From IMG/VR virus record IMGVR_UViG_3300032334_001259, positions 124,001 to 188,000 of that record: 64,000 nt of DNA, one strand, 5' to 3'. A program made the position numbers and the translations under genes. The notes under the pieces are model-generated. The model did no database searches and was not told the DNA's origin. It worked only from the letters and a program-made list of their open reading frames with translations. Of the stretch, positions 1-8,737 are shown piece after piece. Position 1 is the stretch's first letter. Each line of letters starts with the position of its first letter.

Positions 1-2
1 TC

Positions 3-2801
3 AATAAAAGTGTCAACATCTGTTCCATTATCAGCAGTAACAACAATATCACCACTTGCTTGTGCGCCAGTATTGCTATTTTCTAGGTTTATTTGTGTAT
101 AGTTATTAGTATTACCGCTAAATTGAGCCACTACGTTAGCAAGTGGAGTATAACCAGTTTGACCAGCATAAAGTGCATTCATACCAGTTACTGGTAAACC
201 GTAGAAAATACCACCTTGTGTATAAACATTTGCGGTTATAGCATTGATATTACCAGTAACAATTAAGTTACCAGCAATATATGCATTACCATTACCACCA
301 CTTGTTGTTGTTAAAAGACTAGTAAATACAGCACTATTTGGAACGTTAGCACCTATTGCACCATTTAAGTAACCAATAACTTGGCCCGCACTGTTTAAGT
401 TTCCAACAGAAGCATTGCCTGTTACTGTTAAACTATTCAATGTGCCAATTGAAGTAATGTTTGGTTGACTAGAACTAACACTAGCGATAGTTCCTTCAAG
501 AATTGTATTTGTATTACCAATCTGTCCAGCACTTACTGCATTTACACTTATGTTACCAGTGAGAGTCATACTTGCACCACTAATCGTAGCGCCAGCATTA
601 CCAATAGTTCCTGCATTTAAAGTAGGAGCAGCAACAGTTCCCTGTGATGTAATAGTGCTACTTGTTGTAAGAGTAGTAAATGCACCAGTAGATGCAGTTC
701 CATTACCAATTGGAGTATTTTGGATTGCAGCAGCATAGATGTTACCACCAACACCCATACCACCATAAATTACAGCAGCACCAGTTGTTGTTGATGTTGA
801 TGTGTTGCCACTATAAGCAATGATATTACCAAGTTTTACAGTATCATATATTAGATACGCATTTGCAAGATCAACAGTTGTGCTTGGTTCTGATCGAAGA
901 TTACTGAATACATACCATGCATTGTCTATGTGATTTCTTACAATACCAGTATGGTTATACCCAACAGCAGCATCGTATTTGTGGCTGTAGAAACCTATTT
1001 CATAGTTATAATTGGTAAAACCCGATACCGCAAGGTATAATAGCGGAGCATTGGCAACAAGCGAAGTACTTCCAAGACTTGTAAGATTAGCAACAGTTAA
1101 GTTACCCGCAATATAAGAGTCACCGCCAGCGTAGAAACCGCCAGTTATTTGTAATGCACCTTGACCACTGCCATAGCTGTTTGCTGTTCCTGTTAGTGTT
1201 GCAGTCGAGGCAGTAATTGCCGCACCAGTATTACCAATAGTGCCAGCATAAACTGCTACACCATTAAATGTGTTAGCATTTACGGCACCGCTGACAGTTA
1301 GAGATGATAAAGTACCAAGACTTGTAATATTCGGTTGACTTGGTGTAGCACTACCAATAGTGCCTTCAAGTATAGTAGTTGTGTTACCGATTTGACCAGC
1401 ACTAACAGCGTTTACACTTACGTTACCAGTAAGAGTCATACTAGCACCGCCGAATGTAGCACCACTATTACCGATTGAACCAGCATTTAATGTTGCAGCG
1501 TTAAGTGTACCATTAACGGTTGCAGTTGTGAATACACCAGTATTAGGTGTGTTGGCACCAATTGCACCAGTTATATAACCAATGTGTTGACCGCCACCAG
1601 TAGAAGTAAAATTATCTGCTTTTAAATCATTATTAACGGTAGTTGTACCAGTATCAGCACCAATGCTAACTGTTGTTGCTGCTCCACCAATGTTTACAGT
1701 TGTAGTGTTTGCATTAAAGACAGATGCAGTGCCAGTAGAACTTGTATCAATTGTTGGATTTGCGCCATTCATCAATACTTGTGTAGTATTTGGTAAGTTT
1801 AAGGTTGCATTTTTAATAGTTACTAGACCAGATGTGGCACCAATATTAATATTAGTAGCAGCACCAGCAAAATTCATTGTTGTTGCAACATTATCATATA
1901 AACTTTGTGTAGTTTGACTACCAATAAGGAAAGGATTAGCAATATTTGCTGTTCCACTTGTAGCACCCATTTTAAGTGCAGTAGCAGCACCAGCAAAATT
2001 CATTGTTGTTGCAACAGTGTTAAACAAAGTAACAGCAGTTGAAGAACTAACGATAGTTGGATTTCTTAATGTCAACGAGCCAGATGTTGCACCCATTGAT
2101 AGTGCAGTTGCAGCTTGGAAAGCGTTCACTGTGGTAGAAACAGTATTGAATACGGTTGCAGTCGTTTGATCAGTTACGATAGTTCCATTGCCTTGCATAG
2201 AAATGCCAGTTCCAACTACCAATGCACCACTAACACCAGCACCACCAGTCACAACCAACGCACCAGTTGTTGTATTTGTAGATGCAGTTCCACTTGCAGC
2301 CCAAATATTTCCACTTGATGTTATTGTGCTGCTTGTATTAAGAGTAGTTAAACTTGCACTACCAATTGTAGCATTACTTGCAGCTAATCCATAAACTTGT
2401 AAATTTGCAAAACCACTATTGTTTATTATTCCAAATGTAGTACTTGCAGTACTTTGTGTCGTATATTGTAATTGAAACTGTTGAGCATTTTCTTCCCAAA
2501 TAAATGCTACGTTAGTTGAACTACCACGACCCATAATCATACCAAGATCATATGCAGGCACACCAGTAGCATTTCGATTAATGCTAAACATTGGATCAGC
2601 AATTACAAGATTTGTGGTATCAATTGTAGTAGTATTACCACTGATTGTGAGATTTCCAATGGTCATATTACCTGTATAGGTAAAATTATCGCTTAAAAGA
2701 CCACCACTAATAGACTTTGTAACAACCTTTGCATCAGCATAGATATCACTATTATAAACTTGGTTATTACGTATACGTGTAAGGGATGGTGGTAAGGCCA
2801 T
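3..2801 (-). CDS. Long tail-fibre/virion structural protein, partial (>933 aa, runs off left edge)
   Basis: Not in ORF track. ATG at 2801 (MALPPSLTRIRNNQVYNSDI) with GGAG RBS and TATAAATA upstream; frame open to position 3. Gly/Asn/Thr-rich, with ~42-aa ATTMNFAGAAT repeats and modules shared with neighbouring fibre genes. Confidence 0.85.
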   Translation of the reverse strand, partial: MALPPSLTRIRNNQVYNSDIYADAKVVTKSISGGLLSDNFTYTGNMTIGNLTISGNTTTIDTTNLVIADPMFSINRNATGVPAYDLGMIMGRGSSTNVAFIWEENAQQFQLQYTTQSTASTTFGIINNSGFANLQVYGLAASNATIGSASLTTLNTSSTITSSGNIWAASGTASTNTTTGALVVTGGAGVSGALVVGTGISMQGNGTIVTDQTTATVFNTVSTTVNAFQAATALSMGATSGSLTLRNPTIVSSSTAVTLFNTVATTMNFAGAATALKMGATSGTANIANPFLIGSQTTQSLYDNVATTMNFAGAATNINIGATSGLVTIKNATLNLPNTTQVLMNGANPTIDTSSTGTASVFNANTTTVNIGGAATTVSIGADTGTTTVNNDLKADNFTSTGGGQHIGYITGAIGANTPNTGVFTTATVNGTLNAATLNAGSIGNSGATFGGASMTLTGNVSVNAVSAGQIGNTTTILEGTIGSATPSQPNITSLGTLSSLTVSGAVNANTFNGVAVYAGTIGNTGAAITASTATLTGTANSYGSGQGALQITGGFYAGGDSYIAGNLTVANLTSLGSTSLVANAPLLYLAVSGFTNYNYEIGFYSHKYDAAVGYNHTGIVRNHIDNAWYVFSNLRSEPSTTVDLANAYLIYDTVKLGNIIAYSGNTSTSTTTGAAVIYGGMGVGGNIYAAAIQNTPIGNGTASTGAFTTLTTSSTITSQGTVAAPTLNAGTIGNAGATISGASMTLTGNISVNAVSAGQIGNTNTILEGTIASVSSSQPNITSIGTLNSLTVTGNASVGNLNSAGQVIGYLNGAIGANVPNSAVFTSLLTTTSGGNGNAYIAGNLIVTGNINAITANVYTQGGIFYGLPVTGMNALYAGQTGYTPLANVVAQFSGNTNNYTQINLENSNTGAQASGDIVVTADNGTDVDTFI
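1854..2016 (-). repeat. Intragenic 126-bp-period repeat (ATTMNFAGAAT unit)
   Basis: agtagcagcaccagcaaaattcattgttgttgcaaca is identical at 1854 and 1980; degenerate units flank both sides. Confidence 0.9.
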
Positions 2802-2820
2802 TTAGAAAACTCCGCAAGTA

Positions 2821-2828
2821 TATTTATA
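2821..2828 (-). promoter_or_regulatory. T4-type late promoter TATAAATA
   Basis: Exact T4 gp55 consensus ~20 nt upstream of the ATG at 2801. Confidence 0.75.
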
Positions 2829-2849
2829 GGAGATTTTGTATTTTAAACG

Positions 2850-4052
2850 TCAGTATTTGCCAATAACTAAAGAGGAGTTAATTCCACCAAATGCAAAGTT
2901 ACTTGTCAGTGCATAATCTATGTTCATGTTGCGACCAGTGTTAGGAATTACATCCATATCACACTCTGGGTCTGCTGTTGTAAAGTTTATAGTAGGCGGT
3001 GCAAAACTGTTTTGAATAGATTTAATTGTAATGATTGCTTCAATCGCACCAGTTGCCACTAACATATGCCCATGTATTGGTTTTGTAGAAGATATTGGTA
3101 GTGAATCTGCATATTTTCCAAATATTTGTCTTATACCAGCAACTTCATTTTTATCATTTAATTTTGTTCCAGTTCCATGAGCATTTATGTAATTAATATC
3201 ACCTAAAGCTAAATTAGAATCTTCTAATGCACTTTGCATTGATTTAATAAGACCTAAATTATCTGGCTGAACTAAATGAAATGCATCATTTGATGTACCG
3301 TAACCTAAAATATATGCTTGTGGTTTTACCCCTCTTGCTAAAACATCACTTTCACGTTCTAAAATAAGCATACCACTGCCTTCACCCAATACAATACCAT
3401 CTCTATCAATACTGAATGGTTTAATTGTAGTTGTGCTTAATGCGTTCATATATTCCCACGCACGCATTACCCAAGGTTGAAGACTTGCTTCAGTTGCACC
3501 AACAATAGCACGATCAATTATTCCTGCTCTTATAAGTTGAAAAGCTAATCCTATTGCTTGATTACCAGCAGAACAACCAGAACCTATTGGATAACTTGGT
3601 CCATAAATTTTATTTTCTATACAAATATAACTTATTGCGGCATTAGTCATAGCACGAGGTATAGTGAATACATCATTAGAGTGTGATTCAGCATTTAATT
3701 TTGTAATAAAATTATAAATTGATTCTGCGGCAGGAAATCCATTACCTAATATTATACCTGTTCTACTATCACTTAATTCTTCTTGTGAAATTTTACTATC
3801 TGCAATTGCTTCACGTGTTGCGATAGCAGCGTATGCAGAAAACAAATCTATACGAGTCTGTCTTGTAAAATAATCAGTATGAACAAAATTTTCGATTTTG
3901 GCTGCAATTTTAATTTTGTTTTTTAGATTATATTGATGTCCAATGGGTTTAATACTGCTTTGGTTATTAACAACAGCTTGCCATAATGGGTCAACACCTA
4001 CACCACATGCAGTAATAGCACCCATACCACTAATAACGATATTTGATTTCAT
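2850..4052 (-). CDS. fabF: Beta-ketoacyl-ACP synthase II (FabF/NodE-like)
   Basis: VISGMG start; catalytic Cys (GSGCSAG), His (INAHGTGT), His (TKPIHGHML); PFSIDRDGIVLGEG; SNFAFGG end. Confidence 0.95.
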   Translation of the reverse strand: MKSNIVISGMGAITACGVGVDPLWQAVVNNQSSIKPIGHQYNLKNKIKIAAKIENFVHTDYFTRQTRIDLFSAYAAIATREAIADSKISQEELSDSRTGIILGNGFPAAESIYNFITKLNAESHSNDVFTIPRAMTNAAISYICIENKIYGPSYPIGSGCSAGNQAIGLAFQLIRAGIIDRAIVGATEASLQPWVMRAWEYMNALSTTTIKPFSIDRDGIVLGEGSGMLILERESDVLARGVKPQAYILGYGTSNDAFHLVQPDNLGLIKSMQSALEDSNLALGDINYINAHGTGTKLNDKNEVAGIRQIFGKYADSLPISSTKPIHGHMLVATGAIEAIITIKSIQNSFAPPTINFTTADPECDMDVIPNTGRNMNIDYALTSNFAFGGINSSLVIGKY

Positions 4053-4060
4053 AAAAATAT

Positions 4061-4660
4061 TTAAGAGTTATTAAGAGAAATATAAACTTTTTCAACCCAA
4101 AATTCTGCAATAGCTGCATCTACCGCAGGCATTACATCTGCTTCTCTATATACACAAGCAATAGGTTCAAGAGCTTTATGTATTTGACCATTTATTTCTA
4201 GATCAACATTAGAAAAATAGTATCTACCTGTTTTTAAACGAAATGGTTGTCCACTTGGTATACGCCAAACTTTATCCTTTACAATTTCATTTTCAGTATT
4301 ATTAATAAGTTCACGTTGTGTAGCAGGATATATGCAAAAAATACTTGAATTATCTTCAGTAGCAGTTGATACAACACGATCAACATCATAATCACCATTT
4401 GGACTTATTATAATTCCATGACGTAATCTTGAAATATAAGGTGATTCAGTATATTCAGTAGCTACCTTTTCTCCGTTTAGATAACCATCAACATTAACCC
4501 AACCATTTATAAGAATATGTCGAGAGATAGTAATGTCTTTACCTATACCACGATATGAAAATGATTGATCAATTACATCACCAGCATTTTCAAATGTAAC
4601 CTTTGCTAATTGCATAGGAAAATTACTAATATGAATTGTATTACCTGTAATAATACTCAT
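4061..4660 (-). CDS. Hypothetical protein (199 aa)
   Basis: ORF coupled by ATGA overlap to the upstream gene; no recognised motif. Confidence 0.75.
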   Translation of the reverse strand: MSIITGNTIHISNFPMQLAKVTFENAGDVIDQSFSYRGIGKDITISRHILINGWVNVDGYLNGEKVATEYTESPYISRLRHGIIISPNGDYDVDRVVSTATEDNSSIFCIYPATQRELINNTENEIVKDKVWRIPSGQPFRLKTGRYYFSNVDLEINGQIHKALEPIACVYREADVMPAVDAAIAEFWVEKVYISLNNS

Positions 4661-5019
4661 AGAATTGTGATGCCTGTCATGTTTCCAGTATCGCCATCAG
4701 GAGATGTATAAGTTGTTACATTTATCAAATCAGCAATTGGAAAATTATAAACCTTACCAATTTCTGACTTTGCTGCGGTAACAACATCCTCGTTCTTTTT
4801 ACTTTGTTCTTTAAGATATTTTTGGTGTGCAATAACTGCACCTTGTTTTGCAATTTGTGCAAGCGCATCGCTCAAATCATTTGGGTTGTAATTATGAATA
4901 TCAAAACTGTATTTTTCACTTTCATCAACACTCATATCACTTGCATCAGTTGTAAAACTGACAACTAAACTATGATTTTCTTCATTATATTCATGAACTT
5001 TTACGGTTAATGTATCCAT
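4657..5019 (-). CDS. Hypothetical tail-fibre-associated protein (120 aa)
   Basis: AAGGA RBS; directly follows the adhesin gene. Confidence 0.7.
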   Translation of the reverse strand: MDTLTVKVHEYNEENHSLVVSFTTDASDMSVDESEKYSFDIHNYNPNDLSDALAQIAKQGAVIAHQKYLKEQSKKNEDVVTAAKSEIGKVYNFPIADLINVTTYTSPDGDTGNMTGITIL

Positions 5020-5028
5020 TTTAATTCC

Positions 5029-5850
5029 TTAACTACTTCCACCAAGTCTTGTTCCAGTAACAACCCATGTTGCATAGGCTATACCGTTGATATATTTACC
5101 AGCAGCACCACCTGATCTACCATTTCCACTTGTAGAACCAGCTTGTCCAGGACCACCGCCAGATGCTCCTCCAGCACCACCAGATGTTCTTGTACCTGCA
5201 CTACCACCATTAGCACCGCCAGCACCAGGATCATAACCAGCACCGCCGCCACCACCAGTTCCATTATAACTACTGCCACCACCTAAACAACTACCATAAG
5301 TTGTTCCACCGTCAGTTGCACCTCCGCCACCGCCACCACCAGCAAGTGTGCCATTATTTGTAATGTTTACAGGAGACTGTAACAATAATGCATTACCACC
5401 AGGAGATCCACTACCGCCAGCACCACCAGTACCGTTACCGCCAGCACCACCAGTCCCTATGATAAAACCATTATTGATTAAATTAACAGTATCACCAGCA
5501 GCAAATCCAGTAATAGTCAGTGCATATGAACCAGTAGAACTACTACCAACATAAATTCCACTATCAATAGTTAAATTTACTTTTGTAAAATTAGCTACAT
5601 AACCGCTTACCGCAGCTGGATTTAAAGTATAATTTTTTGTATCAACCGAGATTGTTAAATCAACAGTAACTTTATTTTGTGTTCCACGAAACTCACTAAA
5701 ATTTAAATCAGTAGTATCAAAAGTGCCAATAGTTAAAGTTGATGGTTTATAATATGAAACACCACGATAAGCTGAAATAGCATTACCCAACTGGAATTCA
5801 GTATTAATATTTGCATTAAGGGCAACTTTACCAGTTAACGAAATTGTCAT
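5029..5850 (-). CDS. gp38: T2/S16 gp38-like glycine-rich tail-fibre adhesin
   Basis: INNGFIIGTGGAGG, GGNALLLQSPVNITNNGTLAGGGGGGG and GGAAGKYING...W...GTRLG resemble the gp38 beta-helix plus polyglycine sandwich; downstream of a fibre with an S74 chaperone. Confidence 0.7.
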   Translation of the reverse strand: MTISLTGKVALNANINTEFQLGNAISAYRGVSYYKPSTLTIGTFDTTDLNFSEFRGTQNKVTVDLTISVDTKNYTLNPAAVSGYVANFTKVNLTIDSGIYVGSSSTGSYALTITGFAAGDTVNLINNGFIIGTGGAGGNGTGGAGGSGSPGGNALLLQSPVNITNNGTLAGGGGGGGATDGGTTYGSCLGGGSSYNGTGGGGGAGYDPGAGGANGGSAGTRTSGGAGGASGGGPGQAGSTSGNGRSGGAAGKYINGIAYATWVVTGTRLGGSS

Positions 5851-5851
5851 T

Positions 5852-6205
5852 TTAAGTCCAAGTTATTTTTATTCCGCCATTGGTGCCATTGCCACCAGCA
5901 GCACCAATATTATAATTTATAACTGTGCCAGCAGGTATTTGTCCACCAGTATAAACTACTTTTATATATGCGCCAGCACCGCCTGCTCCACCACCTGCAC
6001 CACCAGCATATCCAGTTGTGCCACTACCATTTCCGCCTACACCAACATTTGCATTAGTAGCACTTGCAGTAGTAGATGTGCCACTTGCAGTTCCAATTAC
6101 ACCACTATTACCATTAAGGAATGTAAAACTTTTTGGATTAGGTATAAATGGTGTTATACCTACATCTATCGTTCCGCCACTGCCACCTGCTCCGTATTGT
6201 GCCAT
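5852..6205 (-). CDS. Glycine-rich protein, C-terminal half of a split Gly-rich adhesin domain
   Basis: ATG at 6205 overlaps the upstream TGA (TGATG); GGAGAYIKV..PAG..YNIGAAGG..GGIKITW is the usual second half of phage Gly-rich domains. Confidence 0.7.
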   Translation of the reverse strand: MAQYGAGGSGGTIDVGITPFIPNPKSFTFLNGNSGVIGTASGTSTTASATNANVGVGGNGSGTTGYAGGAGGGAGGAGAYIKVVYTGGQIPAGTVINYNIGAAGGNGTNGGIKITWT

Positions 6206-6834
6206 CAATATACTCCAGTATCACCAAATCTATCAACAATATCACCATAACCATTTGGTTGTGATGTCTGTGTATATCCAACTGGCACATCATCTCTTGT
6301 AAAAAAGTATGTAGTTCCACCACTGCTATTTTGCACACCAAATGATTGTAAATTATCTTTAGGACCACGATCACCCACATCTACTGAAAGAGGTGGAGGA
6401 GGAACAGGAACTTTTCCACCATCACCACCTTTACCACCACCAGCAGTATAATCTGCAGTAACTGTTCCACCACTTATTGGTTGGTAGTTAGAGATACTTG
6501 TGTCTCCGCCTTTTGCACCATCACTACCATTAGAACCACCGCCGCCGCCACCAGCACCCCATATTTCTATAGTAATTGTATTTCTATAAAGTGGAACGAC
6601 AAAACTGCCACTACCAGAACTATTACTGAATAACACACCAGCAGTTGCAGGATCATTTGGTTGTTTACCATAAAAATCGCTTGATTTAATAGTGCCACTA
6701 TTAAAGTAACCAAATAATAGATTACCTGGATAATACCATTTGGTACCACGATAATTGTTAAAATCATCACCTAACCCAAATACGTCACTTATAATATCAG
6801 TGCTTACCGCACCAGAGTTAGGGACAAAAGCCAT
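6205..6834 (-). CDS. Glycine-rich adhesin-like protein, N-terminal half
   Basis: N-terminus resembles that of the gp38-like gene; GSFVVP..TITIEIWGAGGGGG begins the Gly-rich domain. Confidence 0.7.
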   Translation of the reverse strand: MAFVPNSGAVSTDIISDVFGLGDDFNNYRGTKWYYPGNLLFGYFNSGTIKSSDFYGKQPNDPATAGVLFSNSSGSGSFVVPLYRNTITIEIWGAGGGGGGSNGSDGAKGGDTSISNYQPISGGTVTADYTAGGGKGGDGGKVPVPPPPLSVDVGDRGPKDNLQSFGVQNSSGGTTYFFTRDDVPVGYTQTSQPNGYGDIVDRFGDTGVY

Positions 6835-6838
6835 TCAA

Positions 6839-8692
6839 TTACCTCGCTGCTTTTAATGCCTCGACCTCTGCACTTAATTCCTTGATTGCTTGAATTAGAA
6901 GTGGAACAAGTTTATCATATTGTACAGTAAGATAATTTTCACCACTCTTGCTACTACCGTCTTCTGCAATATCAAATGGTGCTGCTTTAATGACTTGCGG
7001 AGCAACTTGTGCAATTTCTTGTGCAAGAACACCAATATGCTCGTTGTTATCACCTACACCCATTGTAAATGCGAGTTCATTTGGTCGATAAGTGACACCA
7101 CGAATTGCTTTAACTTTATCAAGTGCATTTGGTATTTCAACAATATCTGTTTTTAAACGTTGGTCGGAATAAAATGCAACGATATCTTGTGTAGCAAGTA
7201 TACCACCTGTTACACTTAAGTTTGCATTGTTAAATGTAACACTACTATTACCAGCAAGATTTGCACTATCAGTATAAATTGCAACACGACCAGCAGCACC
7301 ACCACCAGCTACAGGTGTTGGAATTGTATACCAATTTAAGTTACTGCTACCGTCAGTAATAAGAGCTTGTCCACTACTACCGCCAGCAATTTGCACATTA
7401 CCAACATTACCTAATATTACTTTATATGTGCTTGTTGGATTAAATGTAACTGTTCCATTTGCAAAACCTGCTGCACCGCTAACCTGTAATGCAGTAAGTG
7501 TTCCAACGGTTGTAATATTTGTTTGTGTTGCTGTGCTGATAGTTCCAGTTAATGTTGCACTACTATTACCAATAGTGCCCGCCATTACATAATTTGCATA
7601 AACATTACCATTATTACTGCTACCATTAGCAATTAAGTTACCAACATAAACATTTCCTGTAAAAGCATTATTTGGTCCACCAACAATAATGTTACCAACA
7701 AAACCCGCACCACCTGATACCTGAAGTGCGCCAGTTGTTGTACTATATGCGGGTGATGTGCCACTTATGACTGCAATTTCATTACTTGTTACAACATCCA
7801 AATCACCAAGAACAATCAAGTTACCGTTAATTTGAACATCTGCATTAGCAAGAATGTCAAGTGCATCTACTACAGCACCGCTACCATTACGTGTTCTTAA
7901 ACGTATAATACCATTGTTAAGAGTATTATCCATACGAAGTTCATTACTGTAAACAGTAAATGCACCTTGTCCAGTGGTTCCAATATTGATACCACTGTTA
8001 TTTGTAACACTTAAAATACCAACTGTACCAGTGTTTTGGTCATTACGCATAAAGCTACTACCGCTGACACCATTAAGTGCGGCACTATCACTAGCTTGAC
8101 CAACAAATTTATTATTGCTTACAAAAGCAGTTGATGCAATATTAAAACCTGGTGATATTGTGCTAAAACCACTGATTGTTGTTGAAGGTGTAAATGTTGC
8201 ATCTTTACTTAAAATAGCATAACGAGTGTTATTAATCTTCATGCTTATAACATCGTGACTACCAGCAAGAGTGTCAACAATACTCTCACTAACAACTTGA
8301 CCAGCACCACCAAGTGGTCCAACAACCACCCAACCCGTTCCATTATATACATTAAGTTGTTGGTTAGCACTATCAAACCATAAATCACCTGCAACGCTAC
8401 TTGTAGGCGCAGATGCACTGTTAGTTGCACTTGCAATGTTCTTAAAAATTACACCGTTATAAACTTGTAGAGCACCTTTTGTAGTGTTATACCAAATCTG
8501 TCCAACAATTGGATTGCTTGGTTGACTACCACTTGCAAAATTTTCCAACATACTTAAGAAATTTTGATCAAGATACTGACCATAATTGGGGTAATTTTTA
8601 CCAACAAGTGAAAGACTTGTGCTGTTATCTATTGTTCCATCGGCAATAACGATTGAATTAGCACCATTTGAATATGTAATGGTATAAGACAT
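6839..8692 (-). CDS. Tail fibre with C-terminal peptidase S74 intramolecular chaperone
   Basis: SDQRLKTDI...ALDKV..IRGVTY...GVLAQEI...YDKLVPLLIQAIKEL; N-terminal LVGKNY..YG...NF...LENFA fibre-attachment motif. Confidence 0.85.
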   Translation of the reverse strand: MSYTITYSNGANSIVIADGTIDNSTSLSLVGKNYPNYGQYLDQNFLSMLENFASGSQPSNPIVGQIWYNTTKGALQVYNGVIFKNIASATNSASAPTSSVAGDLWFDSANQQLNVYNGTGWVVVGPLGGAGQVVSESIVDTLAGSHDVISMKINNTRYAILSKDATFTPSTTISGFSTISPGFNIASTAFVSNNKFVGQASDSAALNGVSGSSFMRNDQNTGTVGILSVTNNSGINIGTTGQGAFTVYSNELRMDNTLNNGIIRLRTRNGSGAVVDALDILANADVQINGNLIVLGDLDVVTSNEIAVISGTSPAYSTTTGALQVSGGAGFVGNIIVGGPNNAFTGNVYVGNLIANGSSNNGNVYANYVMAGTIGNSSATLTGTISTATQTNITTVGTLTALQVSGAAGFANGTVTFNPTSTYKVILGNVGNVQIAGGSSGQALITDGSSNLNWYTIPTPVAGGGAAGRVAIYTDSANLAGNSSVTFNNANLSVTGGILATQDIVAFYSDQRLKTDIVEIPNALDKVKAIRGVTYRPNELAFTMGVGDNNEHIGVLAQEIAQVAPQVIKAAPFDIAEDGSSKSGENYLTVQYDKLVPLLIQAIKELSAEVEALKAAR

Positions 8693-8713
8693 AAAATTGG
8701 ACTCCGTTAGGAA

Positions 8714-8719
8714 TATTTA
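8714..8719 (-). promoter_or_regulatory. Late promoter TAAATA
   Basis: CATAAATA in a short intergenic gap, followed by GGAG RBS. Confidence 0.65.
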
Positions 8720-8737
8720 TGCAGTAATAGCCACTTA

